Source of the DNA: Antedon mediterranea
Lineage: Eukaryota; Animalia; Echinodermata
DNA length: 64,000 bases
Reading direction: 5' to 3'
Assembly (NCBI RefSeq): GCF_964355755.1
Contig: NC_092670.1
Location: 21,934,795 to 21,998,794 of the forward strand
Shown: positions 34,706-48,700 of the stretch, piece by piece
How the letters are laid out: each line of letters opens with the position of its first letter
Position numbering within the stretch: the first letter of the stretch is position 1
Notes under the pieces: model-generated
Databases searched by the model: none
Told to the model about the DNA's origin: nothing
Seen by the model: only the letters and a program-made list of their open reading frames with translations
Made by a program: the position numbers and the translations under genes

Positions 34706-37700
34706 ACTTTGAATCTAGACAGGTAAGAAAAGATTAAGAAATGTGACGATTCTAAATCACACGATTAAACGTTTCATTATGTTACACATAGAGATTATCA
34801 ATATGATGGATAAGATGGTTTTTATTTTGCAAATTCCAAATGATTAAGAAATCAATTTAAAATTTAATTTTCGAAAAGATAAATACGTCGAAAAAACGCA
34901 TCGAAAGAGTTAATTATGGAAATTTAAAGTCAATTTTGACATTATAAGTAAATTGAAAAACAAAAATATATTGAAATTCAATAAATAGAGATTGAAATAC
35001 AGTTGTAAATAAGATATAAGACAGACAAAAGTATTTAGTGCGAAGTGTGAAAATAACGAAAGTCGCTGAACCAAAGCATACATCGAGTTTAGTTATGTTT
35101 GGGAAAATAAAATATATCGAATATAATCTTAATATGCATAGTAGGCCTCTGATTAAATCTAATAAGTGAAATCAAATAGAAAAGTCCTAGGATTAATTAA
35201 ATGTAATATATAGTGAAAAGCACAAAAGAAGCCCACTGAATATAATATGAAATACGCCATCGTGCTAAGGATTCAATATTTCGACTAATTATAATCTGTA
35301 CTATTTTACTATAGTGTGTTAGTGTTTGCTTTTGTTGTCAGCTAGGAATAGGATGATGAACGTACTGTTAATGGTATCATAATGGTGGTGGTACAGATAC
35401 ACCTGCATTTTGATTATGATGGCGGGGAGTAAAAGATGCAAATTTGGGAAAGCTACATAACCGAATGACACTGATCACAAAATCAGAAATTATAAATATA
35501 AACCTACAATCCAATCGTAAGGAGTCGGTAATAAAATTATTCTATTAATAACATAAAAGTATTCAGCATTGAAATGATTGCTAATAAAAAAGAAGAAAAA
35601 ACACAAACGAAGCTATAAGTAGCGATAGGCCTAGTTAATCAAATTTGATCTTTATTCAGCGAAATATAACCTGGATGAAATCTCTTAAAATCTACTTGTA
35701 GAAAATCATTTGAATTATTCAACTAATTAATAACGACAAGCTAACGGACTAATCAACACTTATCGCTATTGAATCAAGATCACTCCATTGAACCGAACAA
35801 TATGATAATCATTTTTTACGATCACAAATAATATAAAGCGTTTAGACGTCTGGTGACTCAAGTCTAGGCAACATGATAGAGACACAAAGTTCACGCGCGC
35901 GTACAAAAACCGAACCGGTACGCGTATATCTATATCATAGTTTGACGCGCGCGTCAACGTTGTGGTGCAGGTTTATACGCGGTGGACCGCTGAAGTGTGT
36001 CTTATTAATATAATATTACACTATTTTGCATAATAATACGCGCTTGATTCAAACTTTAAAATTAAGCTAACTAACGTACGTAGCTATGGTGCTTAGTTAC
36101 AGTGATCTAAAAGTTACAAAATTAGGTTGCACTTAAAATGAAATGACTCAAAATGTCAACTTAAAAAAATATCACACGCGATGTGTAACGCATTCGTGTT
36201 TTAGCCTCGCACTTCAGGTGAGAATATTGAGTAATAGGGCTAAAATTCGCACTACTTTGTCGTGAAAAGATTTCTAAGCTAACACGCTTCGTGTCTCCAC
36301 GGTTTCATCGACAGCATAATAAAAATTTGCATAAAACATAATTCTAATTGGATTTTCTTAAATGCAGTCTTTATATAATTATTTAGCTGTTTTAATCGTG
36401 TTGTCATTACGTTAAATGGTTGACGTGTGTGTCACAAAAAATGAGGAAACACGTTCCATTTGTACTCGCGCCAGTTGGAAAAAAAAACAATGTGAAATAA
36501 ATGTACGATTAACGACTCGAATGTACTTTAAATTTAACTCACAAATGAGTCACTCAACTAGATTGTCTTATGTTATATACTGCGTTAACTAGGTCACTTA
36601 ATTCAATAGTCCTACATATTTCTTGAACATTTTCTCACGTGACTTAAAAACTGCAAACGACGATCCGCGGGAATCAGAGTTAGTTAATCGCAATAACGCA
36701 TGCGCAGTATCACATCAAAATGAGAAGAAGGGGTAAAGTACCCTACAAAATGTGAGTTATTGAGCAATGAGTAATATAACGTTTGGTTTGGTTTGTCATC
36801 TTGCTAATTTTCTTGAAAGTAGTACTTCTGTGACCATACGCAACGCACAAAGAGTGTAGGTCTTTCTACGCATGCGTTGCTCGTGCATGTTTTCTACGCA
36901 CATGCATTCAAGATATTGAGAACAAAACAATAAAGGCTTATACATAATAAATCTGCTTTATAGGACAAATTTTATCATGTAGACTTGAGGACTTATTGGT
37001 AATATCCAAACACATTTTTATACTAGGTCGTAAAATTGCTTTAATATATAACTTAATAGGGCGGCAACGGTAAAGGAAAACATGATTTTTCTTACAAATA
37101 TGGTTTTGTCTCAAATTTCTATGCGATATAAATCTTGAAAAAAATGTGTCAAATATTTCTCTTCAATCAGGCGAATTATTTTAAAGAAGTTTTTACGAAA
37201 CATTTTTTTTTCTCGAGTAAACTTCAAATTCGGTGACGAGATATTCATGAATTACATATAAACTAATAATCGTTTTAAGACAAACACATATCCATCTGTA
37301 AATGAATTAGTTCTAAATGAAATGTATATATCACACCACCGATATCTCAGTAGTGTCCATGGTATACATTATTACAACAATAATAATTTTGCATTATAAT
37401 TTCAAGTAAATATTTCTGACTGCAGATTTGTAATCAACCTAAAATTAAAAACGAATATGAGGTATATTTCGTTTGCGCTCGTGGATTTAAACGCGTCATA
37501 TATCCTATTATAATTCGACGTTTGACGCAACGTTCGTTTAACAAAACGAGTAGGCACTGAAAACAACAAAGCTTTATAGTCGGTACCGTAAGTTTAATTA
37601 AACAATCAGCACTGATTTAATTATTTTTGTTTTTATTGGAAAACAGAGAATCAAAAGTATTGATTCGATTGCTTCTACTTGTCTATCAAACGCATGCGTT

Positions 37701-38693
37701 TGTATATTAAAATTTAATTATGCATCATAAAGTATTGTCTTTTGACTCGTTCGCTCTGTGGATAGATACACTCTATGATGTTTTAATATTTGTAATGTGG
37801 TGGAAGTCCTCTATAATGTGGGTTATTGAGATATGTAATAACGTTTGGTTTGGTTTGTCATGCTTAATTTTCCTGAAAGTCTATTTGCGAAATACGCGTG
37901 CGCAATTGTGAGGTTTGTTGATTCGGACTACAGCTTTGAATATTCACATTTCACATCCAAATGAGACCACCAAATTTCCTTGAAGACTTCTTTCGACTAT
38001 TTTAAAAAACATTCTGTAAAATACAAATTACTAAGTAGTCACTAGGTCAAAGCGAATGCGAACAGAGACCCCTAAAAATGATCGCCATAGCTGTTTGTTT
38101 AAAGACAATAAAATTAACTATTATTGTGGTTATAGCCTAAAATGAATCAAATCTTTCTTTAGTTTTTCTTATAAATATGTTTATGGTAAAATAGAAAGTG
38201 ATAACACTATTAAATACGCCTTAAAAAGAAACAATCGTTCATTTATAATATACCGTATAAGCCTATATCAATTGGGATAATTCACAAAACACATTGTATT
38301 ACAAGATATGGATTCCTTTCAGGTTTCGTGGTTTATATTTATCCGGGTAAACCGATAACAAGACGATATACACCAGATAAATAATTAATTAGCATAATTG
38401 TATCCGTTTAAGAAGTAATTAGGCCTACTATAGACATAGGTCAATGTATAATTAACATAACATCGAGTTTGTACAAAAGTATAAATATACAAAATGAAAA
38501 TAAAGTGGAATCCCTTCTTTATGACACTCTTAGGGGACACGTTCCCGTCAAACAATAATGAGGGGTGATACATATTTCCAATGGTATACCCCTATTCAAA
38601 GGATACTTATATTTAAAGAATACTTTGTTGGGTCCCGGGTTCTAATGTTATGAAAATGAATAATCTTGCTTTCTTTTGATGATGAACTTTTTA

Positions 38694-38893
38694 GGCCAAT
38701 TTACACAGACGAGCGGTAACGGCAAGCGCAAAACCGCGTAGCTGGTCCCATGTAGAATCTGTATCTATCCTGAGCGGAAACGCCCGTTGCTCCGCGTTTT
38801 ATTGTGTGTAATGATCAAAAGGAATAGCATAGATTCTATATTAAATATATATGTTATTCCTTTTGAATCACCGCTCGTCTGTGTAAATTGGCC
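38694..38893. mobile_element. PIF/Harbinger (Tourist-like) MITE, 200 bp
   Basis: Perfect 24-bp TIR GGCCAATTTACACAGACGAGCGGT / ACCGCTCGTCTGTGTAAATTGGCC with a TTA target-site duplication on both sides, plus an internal hairpin. Confidence 0.88.
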
Positions 38894-39277
38894 TTAAGTA
38901 GTTCGGTCTTAATATTGTTTTTTGCAATAAAATATGCACCGTTACCTAATTCCATCATTGTTGCTTCTCTACGCTATAAATTAATTATTTGCAATGTATT
39001 GTTTTTACTTTCGCCTTTTTAATTCCACCAGCATTGAACAGACAATCAACTTAAAAGTTAAATAAATAGACCAAAATTCTGAATAATAATTGTGGATAAA
39101 ATACGGATCACTTCTATACACATTACCAGCATTATATACAAAAACAACACTCTAATGCAACCAGAGCGTTTGTACAAGATTACTTGAACATCTAATGTTA
39201 TTTACAAACGAGTTTAACGCAACCATTACAAGAAAAGAAGAATTATTATTCAAATTAAATGAAAAATCAATGCAAAT

Positions 39278-39650
39278 ACTAATAAAAACTACTGGTATGA
39301 ATTGGCTGGTATTATGACTGTGTTTTGTCAAAGGAGATATTGTTGGAAAACAGGCCTCCAAGATTATTATACGAATTTTATAAAACTGTCTATGTTTTTA
39401 ATTATTAATAACTGTGTTAATATAAGAAATTTAAAAAGAATGATAAAAAAGATAAACATTTCTTATAGACTAATACAAATTACTGGTATGATTGGCTGAC
39501 CTTTATGACTGTGTTTTGCCAAAGGAGATATTATTGGAAACCAGACCTACAGGATTATTATATGCATTTTATAAACTGCCTATGTTTTTAATGCAATTAT
39601 TAATAAATGTGTTAACATAAGAAATGTAAAAAGAATGAGAAAAAGATAGA
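39278..39650. repeat. Tandem duplication, ~190-bp units
   Basis: ACTGGTATGA(A)TTGGCTG...CAAAGGAGATATT...GATTATTATA...AAAAGAATGA..AAAAGATA occurs twice. Confidence 0.8.
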
Positions 39651-42600
39651 TATGCTTAATGTGACCTTAATTTAAGTTGTTTTTGGAAACTGGAATACAT
39701 ATCTTATTGTTTTTAATTTTTTATGACCTTTTTAATCTGATGAACATGACTTTAAAAAGTGGTTTATCTTGGCCGAGCCTCCTTCTGCACTCTCAGTTCT
39801 GTTTATCTTATCCTGTAAAATTGTGTATGTGCAAAACAATAAAAACAAACAAATCGCTATCACAAAGCATTAAATGCAATTTATTCTAATAAAAATATAT
39901 GTGTGCTACAAAAGAATACGCGTTAGAAATGAAGAAAACAAATTTAATTTAATGTTGTATTGTTATCAACACAATTGTTGATTGCAATTACATTGGATGG
40001 AGACAACCCCATGTGTATACAGGTGTCATACCACGTACTAAGTCAGGTGAAGAAAAACTCACACGTGGTGCACGAACAATCTGTTTTTCTATGTGAACGA
40101 AACCCACAGTCCGTACTCTCGAATTGAAAATCCTAAAAAAAATCGTGATTTTAAATTAATCTTAATGATTGATAAATGAATAAATATTGGAATGAGAATA
40201 TAGAGAGTAAACTGCATTGTGAAAAATTAGTGGTATTAATTAGTACATTAATTTACTCCATATTTGCCAGGCCTACTACATACAGATTCGAATTTTTAAC
40301 GATATTGTTAATTGTTCTAGGCATAATTAAAATGTTATTAGTACTCTAACATTCGCACCCATACTATTATGCCTCATTGTAGGCCTGCAGTAGACTGTAC
40401 AAAGTACAGTGTGCTATACCACCTAGGCTATCGATTTATATTTTGCCTTAAAAAAATCATTTAATAAATCATCTTCATCAAATTACTTTTGCTTTTAACC
40501 GTCTTCGATTGAAATACCAACATGACGTCATCGTTCCAATTTACCTAATTAATATATTATTTACCTAGTAACTTAATAAAATTGCAATTAATGATTCGTT
40601 GTATGGGCGAGTGAGTGCATTGTGATATCATAACACGGCTCTATCCGATTTTGCTGTTGACAAGATAAACATAGAGGTCAAAATGTAAATGTACTTTTTT
40701 TTTTAAATACCGCAAATGTTTCTGTGGTCGCGATAGTATAGGCCTATTATTTATGTAAATATTTGTTAAATGCTGTTCACACGACCGTACATAAACTAAT
40801 ATGTAGGCCATAACATTGTCATGTTTAAATGGCAAGTAGAGCTGAAGAGGTTTTGAAGGAGCTTATTGTTGTAGTTCTGTAGGCCTATAGAGGGTAGAGG
40901 GGCCTGTTTAATTTAATTATGATAAGAGTGGGCTAGCAGAATAAAGTTCCTACTCCTCTCTAAAGTGTCCTGGTTCATGTACGATCTTTTACCGAGTCAG
41001 CACCAGGATTCGTCTTGCACAAACAGTTCTACAACCTAAACCTGATAACAAGATCAACGGTTTCTTTATATGAAAGACAAATAGAAAAAAAAGGCTCTTT
41101 TCAATGTTGATTTGTTGAAATAAAATCGTTTCCCAAACAATGTATGTACATTTTAAAATTTGCAAATAAATGTGTTAGATTTAATTCGTTCAGCTTGGCA
41201 TGGTGTATTACTGACCATTCGCGCTAGTGGTACTTTATTGTAGAAAAAGTGTAGGTCTACGTTGTAAATTTTAATCAATTAAAACTTCAAGAAATGAAGG
41301 ATAAATGGTATGATTGTTTATCTAGGTCTTGTTGACATCCTGTTCCATATAGTATTGTGATTTTACTTACATTAAAAATACCATGTGATGTGTTGTACAC
41401 GATGAACAATGAATGGAAGTGACTATAAAAAAGGCCTATACAATGTGATAAATATAATTTTCTAGTCCGTCGATCAATACATAATTTGTCAATACTAGTC
41501 TACGTTGCCTTATAGTTCACACCAGCATGTAAAAAAAAAGCCTATAACATAGTTAAATTTTAAGGTGCTACAAAGTCAATTTCAATTTTTTTTTCCTGGA
41601 CAGAGCAGGAGTTTTGGTAAAGTATCAACAGAATTGGTGTAGTTCAGGTTTTATTCATTTCTGCGTTGGCCATATAAAATCACTTAGTAATAATAATAAC
41701 ATTACGTTCACAACCCGAATAATGGGGATTAACTCACATTTTGATTTAGGCCAATTTTCAAAGATTATCCCCTCCCTAGGCCTAATTGTGAAATGTGAAC
41801 GGATTAATGTAAGATCTCCAATTCGGACAAAGCCTAACTTGAACCGCTGGCAGATGGAGCTTCTGCCATCACAATGAGCAGATGTTAGTGACTGCTTTAA
41901 TCTATTTAAACAATGAATTTTACAATTACGATTAATTATTCATAACTCATGCTTTGAAACGTTTTTTTTAAAGCAATACTAATCAGTAGTTTCTATCGAC
42001 CAGTTATTTTTAATCACCTTAATTCAATTCGTTCAATTCTATCATCACGGCGCCGATGCTGAATTAGCCTATTTTATAGTTTGCTTTTGTAGGCTGAATG
42101 TTTTAGCCTTTTTTTTCATGTCTCTAGATTGATATAAACGAAGCTTTGTTGATTTTCATCATTTACATAGCAAAGTGCATGAAACACATTTTGCAAGTAG
42201 GCCTACTTACAAGCTATGTTTGTCTGTATGTAAGTTTGTTTGTTTGTCCATGTTCTTTCTGATTTTTTTTGCAAATAGGCATCCAACACCATGTCGATTA
42301 ATTTTCTGGACAATCGATATATTAGTGACGTCACAAAAGCTTATGGAAATCTCGAGTTATCTGTATCTTCAATATGGGCAGAATATAAAATATCACGCCC
42401 TCTGTCGCTGCATTTTTCAAATATCCCGTTGTTTGGCTATTAATGGTGTACTGTCTTAACAGAGAGGAGTGCATTCTGTTAAATGTGCCTATCGACGAAC
42501 CCTGCATCAGGTGCCACCTCAATATCTAAATTGTTTTCTCATTTATTATGCAATTATGTAAATTTTGAAGTAACTACAATTTGTGTTTGTTATACATACA

Positions 42601-45504
42601 AAACAAGGAGGATCCAACAAACCTCTTTCCACTTTTTATGGCACTCAATCATTTCGTTTTAGGTTTATACATTATACACATGCTGCAACGATTGGACCTA
42701 TATAGTATAAGTTGGTAGTTGTATGCAAGAAGTTGGTCAGCAATGTGTGTTTAGCAATAACGGAATTATATATGTATATATACTTAAGATTCGTTTTAGA
42801 TAACGAAATGTAAATTGCAACAGCAGGCAGTGAAGAAGTGACCAGTTTCTACATATTTTATTTCTTTTTTGTGTGGAACGTTTCGCGGCATGTAAAAGCG
42901 GTTATATAGGCTACTTTATGAAAGCACGATAACTACAAAACATTACATTAAACAAATGAGTGTTCTGGGGCCTTATTGTAATAAAGAATCAGGGGGAACA
43001 TTAAAGAAAGAAGAAAACATCAGGTCAAAGGTTAATTCACATGACGATGTCTTGAGTGGCACCGCCGACAGTTGCTAAGCAACGACATCTGTGTTAGTAG
43101 AGCCACGGAAACCCGGCGGAATAGACAAGACACGTATTACCGAAGGAAGGTCAAAGGTCAAAGTAATTCTCGTTATTACGCGGTTGTTACTATAATACGT
43201 ATAGGAATTATGAATGATAAACGACTTCGCTTCTTTTTGTTATTTTTATCGCCATTTAATTGGTTTTTAGTTTTATTGCATACTGTAATTTTGTCGATAG
43301 CAAGAGGTTGGGACATCCATTTTAAAAAGAAAATTACTTTCATTAAAATAACAGCAGTGGCCTACAGGTCTGCATCAGACCCACGTACTATTATACTACA
43401 AATTAGATTAAATTATACAACATACATATAGACCTAGTGTAGGCATATATATGTACACGATGATTCAATACACAAAATGAAACATATTTTTATTATTTAC
43501 ATTACACCATTTTTATGCTACACGGACTGTGACTCGAGTAAACACTGATGGCTCGGATGGCGCTGTAAATTTATAAATTAAACACATTCTTTGATTTAAT
43601 TTTATTCGTGTTAAAATGCAAATTGAAAAAAAAAACGGGAATAAGTTTATTATCTCCGTAATAGTTACACGTATAAGCTATTACGCAGTTTGCTCCAATT
43701 AAAAAAACACGATCATGATTTAATATTTTACGACAGCCTGTTCGTGGATGATGAGAATTTAATTTTTAAAAATATGTCGTGTTTTTACATTTTCTTACGC
43801 GATATAAGAAAATCAGTAACAACTTAGTAATTGAATCACGATCGTTACCATAGGAACGACACGCTAGAATGCGTGTAGTATTCGTGGGACTCCTCGCGAT
43901 TACAGAGCTAGGATATGATGGTAAGATGATTTTACACTTACGTTGCACGTGAGTAACCCAAAATATTGATAGCCAACAAGAGACAAAAACATATTATATT
44001 TTGAAAGCACAGAAATGGTATATCAGCTTTTTTTCCACGCTTACTTAGAATTTTACGATTCTCAGTGTTGGTGCAATAAATGCTAATTAATTTTTTTTAT
44101 TTAATTATTTCTTCCATTTTATCTCCAAGCATGAATTTTAATTCGTGTTTAAAATAATAATATCTGAATTTATAATCAGAATCCTATTAAAATATACATA
44201 ATTAAATATTTATTATTCATTAAATTATACTACCTGCTTCTAATAAAGTACACAGGACTGTTGTTTAGTGGCACTATTGAGGTTCACTTTGAGAACCAGG
44301 CAAAAGTTATTTCTAATTGGATTATCTTAAATAACCAACAAAACGAGATACATTATCCTATTCCTTTAGGACCGAACAAAGTGTCACCTTAATGAGTGTC
44401 CCCTAAATAGGGGCTGGTCATAGTGTTGAATATCTCGTTCGTTTTACGAGAAAGTGTTCCCTTAATTATATGAATTTCCCGGTCCCTCTCAAACAGGTTT
44501 ATATGCTTGTGTCTATCCAGGCCACATACAATGTTTGATGTATGCAGAAATACCCATGTGATGCCTTAACTTTTTTTATTTAACTTTTGACAACATTAGC
44601 TGAAATGCATTTATATACAGTAAATATTCCATACACGGGTACAATATTTATCATTTTCTCTTTTATGATAGTCATATTAAAATAACATCATTATACAATT
44701 TACATGTTTTTTTTTTGTAAATACATATTCATGCATTAATAAACATTGTATGGAAGAGATTATTCAGTGCTTTTATGCAATTTACTCTATCACCGCAATT
44801 ATAAACATTTTTCACAAATCCATTATTCTGATGTCTCCATTGTTTTTAACACATTTTGCAAACAGCAAGTGTTTCACCGCCATGCCGCTAAATACATATA
44901 TTACCAAACAAAAACACATTTTAAAACTAATGATATTCAATTCCATTAACCAAATATTAAACCTGAGTTTGTGATTATATTTTTATGTTTTATTCTTGTC
45001 CATGATACCACTATTTTACATTGCATCGCATCATTCAACAGCTAATCGTGCGCATGCGTGGATATTGTGTATACGCAGAAAAAAAATCAGACAAGCGTAT
45101 AGTCATTTTATTTAATTGGATTTTAAAAGCCACAAATGAATAGGTTTATCACCTGCCTGTCTGTAAAACAAACTGAATTTCATCAATCTACAAAGATATC
45201 AAAATGTTCTGCAGAGTACAGCAACATCGTAACGTAAATTTAAGACGTCCGGGACATGTTAATATCATTTACCAGCGCGTGAGCACGCGCGCGTGGAAGT
45301 TTATAACATATTAGACGCGTGCGTTGAAATACTGATGAAAATATTTACGGACTGTACGCTCGTGACTAATTGTGACTGATTGTGCGCGTTTTAAGATAAT
45401 ACGCGCGCGTCAACTTCGTGGCGTCACTGGCAATCATAGTCTCTTGATTTTATCAAATAGAAAATAACTATAAGGCTGATAGAGCGAAAAAAATAATTTT
45501 GCCA

Positions 45505-45772
45505 GGAAAAATCGATGGGGCGCGAGAGGCGGAGTTGGTTCATTTATTCTGTTAGTGCGAACAGCCGTAAACTCTCTCGGGTTTATAATTACAAATCGAA
45601 AATACAAAAATATAATTGGCATAAAAGGCTCAGTCTGCTACGTATTGTTTGTATAGGTAAAATTAAAGCGGGCTCCATTCGTTTTTTTTCTGCAGAAGAA
45701 TCGATTGATGCGGCAAATTACATTCAAGTTTATTTTGTTAGTGCGAAGAGCCGTAAGGCCTTCAGGGAAAAT
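45505..45772. repeat. Diverged local duplication
   Basis: AATCGAT...TTTATT(C/T)TGTTAGTGCGAA(C/G)AGCCGTAA occurs twice, ~190 bp apart. Confidence 0.6.
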
Positions 45773-48700
45773 GTATAAGATAGAAAAAACAGCTATATTC
45801 GATGTGTTGTTACTGTTTTCCATATCTGTGCTATGGATAAAGAACATCAGATAGAAGTATGTCTAATGCTCGACTATGTGTCAATACCTGTCGTTGAATA
45901 TCCTATAGGCCTTGCACACCTGCCAGTTAGTATAATATATGTGGGGACAACTCATATCCATTATTTAAGACTATTACAATCATATAAGCCTACTATTTAT
46001 TTATCATCATGTAAGTGTTCACCCGGCGGAAGCTCACAACCCAGAAACCCATTTTCTAATATAGTTCTTTATACTACAATCTGTTACGATTTGTGTGATT
46101 TAGGCCCGCATTGATCTCGTTTTTAACTCGATGATTGTAAACTTTGTTGTCGGTTTGTCTGTCTGTTCGCATTTCCCATTAATATCTAATTACAGTAAAA
46201 ACAAGTAAACTTAATAATAAAAAATGCCTAATAGAAATATGGAAATTGTAAAATAGTGCTAGGACAAAAGGTGGATTATTTTACTTACTGTATATTATAT
46301 TTTTCACCACCAGATTAAATTTGTTCCCCTTTCTCCCACTCCCTCAAATCTACTCCTTATAATTATATGGTTTAATTGTATTTTTAGAAAAACAAAACTG
46401 GGTGCTATCACTACATATATATGTTTCTACTTATTATTAATATTACAGTGTAATCATTATACAAGCATCATTTTTTCTTGGCCTGATTTCCTTTAAGTAA
46501 AAATGTCGGCGGCACTTCAAAAACAGATATCCATGACATTTTGTCGGAAACATCTGTCGACCGAGTAGTAATACTTACATTGTTAAATTAACATTAATAA
46601 ATTTGATAGTCTGCGGGGTTTTGTATGTATAGAGAGGGTTTATTGGGTTTTTTTCTTTCCGTTAACTACTATTTCTCCTCCTACGAATTAGTAACACTCA
46701 GTAATTCGGTTTGTTTATAAAAGGGCTAATAATACACAAGCGTACATTATGAAAATCGATTAGAAGTCCTCCAAATTCTTCTTTATTAAAATTACATCGC
46801 AGTCTTTGTTCGCGTTTGACAAACAAAAAATATACCGTCTACACATGACGACATACCATCATTCCATGCAAAAATAATTATTTGGTGAGGGCGCTATTCT
46901 TTCTCTTGAAACCCATACTGTACTCGTTAATAATTATGATATACGTCGTTATCTCTCAAACGCGGGCGCAGATATTTTATGCGAAAATTGGAGTGCTCTT
47001 TTTAAAGCGCGCTTTGTGCACGTATTATCACGCAACGATATCAAGACATTTAATACGTTTTTATGTCTTTGTATATATTACACACAGTAGACACATGTTC
47101 TTTAAACACTAGATTTAAAACCCTCAAATGTTTGCAACGTAAAATCTAGGTCACCGCCTTTTAACAAGTGCATTTTACAATTTGCACTTTACTAAAAAAG
47201 TTCACCTTTATAAAAACATATATTTAACACAGCGAAATAAGTCCACATACTCGCATAAAAAAGAGCTTTTATTACTTTAATACATTTAATCTATTTTCAG
47301 AGAACAGTGCACATAAAATATATAAAATGAAATGCATAAATATATTTCGGTTTAAAACACATTTTAACAATGACAAATTTTAAAATAGACAATAATCTCG
47401 TTTTTCTCAATTGACATTGGATTCAGTTGTAGAAAATAAATTAAAATATTATATTCTTTGTTTAATTATATTAACATGATATCTGCGGGGATCGTGGTCC
47501 CTAACCGTATAAGACACCAAGGCAAGAGGGGAAGCATTACGCGCGCGTACAAAATATGTCATTACCGTTTAAACACGCATAATACATCTCGTCTTCCAAA
47601 ATAAGATTTAGTTAAAGATGAAAACTCTTAAAAGTGGAAAATCACCCAACCATGACTCGGATGAATAAATTCCTGTTACGTAAATGTTACAAAACAAGAA
47701 CTATTCCACATTGCGGAATCCTTTTCATGTTAACCCTGCCGGTTCAAAGGTCATTTTGTGGCTGTTAACACATTGGAAACCCCACATAAATCTAAAGGTC
47801 ATACAAACAACACAATACTCATGTTTATTCGTATACAATATTCATAGTTTTAAAGATATTAATAAATACTATTAGACTTAATTGAATCTTGTAAAAAGAC
47901 ATAATAAACATTATTATTTCCTTTTGACCACCTGCTGTTCATTGCCAAAAGGTCAATTTAATGTTTCTAAAAATATACAGACATTTTATAGGCATTTTAT
48001 ACAGTTTAATTACAAGTTATAAAATTGTGAGAAAAACTTATCATCGATATGTTAACAAGTTGTAAGGATACCTGTCTCTTCCAAAGCAGTTAGTCTGTCT
48101 GCGTTTTTAAAGTAATATATGGCATCTGCTGCTTAAAGGTTTTTTTTTTATCTTGTCTGCTTGTGTGTCCTATAATAAAGTTACATTTTTTGATAACTTA
48201 TATAAAACGGATTTATATGTGGGGGACAGTGTTTTAACCAATTTTCGTAAAACAATCACATTTCTTTGGGTATTCTGTGGCTCAGCCGCTCTATAAGTTG
48301 ATTCCTACTGTACCACCAGAATTAGCGATTGCACACATGGAACCAACCAACCCTGGTAATTAACTTAACCTGAACGGTTAATGTCATAAATAAAACCTAA
48401 CAACAGCATGATGAGCTCCGGAGATCAAATGGTTCATCTGTGGCTGCGACACAACCAGTCGCGTCACGGAGAATGTACATAGTAAAGTATAAGATTGTAT
48501 TTGTCGCAGCCGGACATAAGATCAAAGGACTGTTACGAGTTCCTATCTTGACAAGGCGAGCTCAGCGTCCTTTTGTTAGATTGCCTTGATTAAACTCACA
48601 ATTTTATCCTGGTATGTACTTTTTGTATTTCATTAATAAAATAATGCTGTCTTATAAATGCAACAATACAATACGATACAATCCAATCACGCATGCTTCA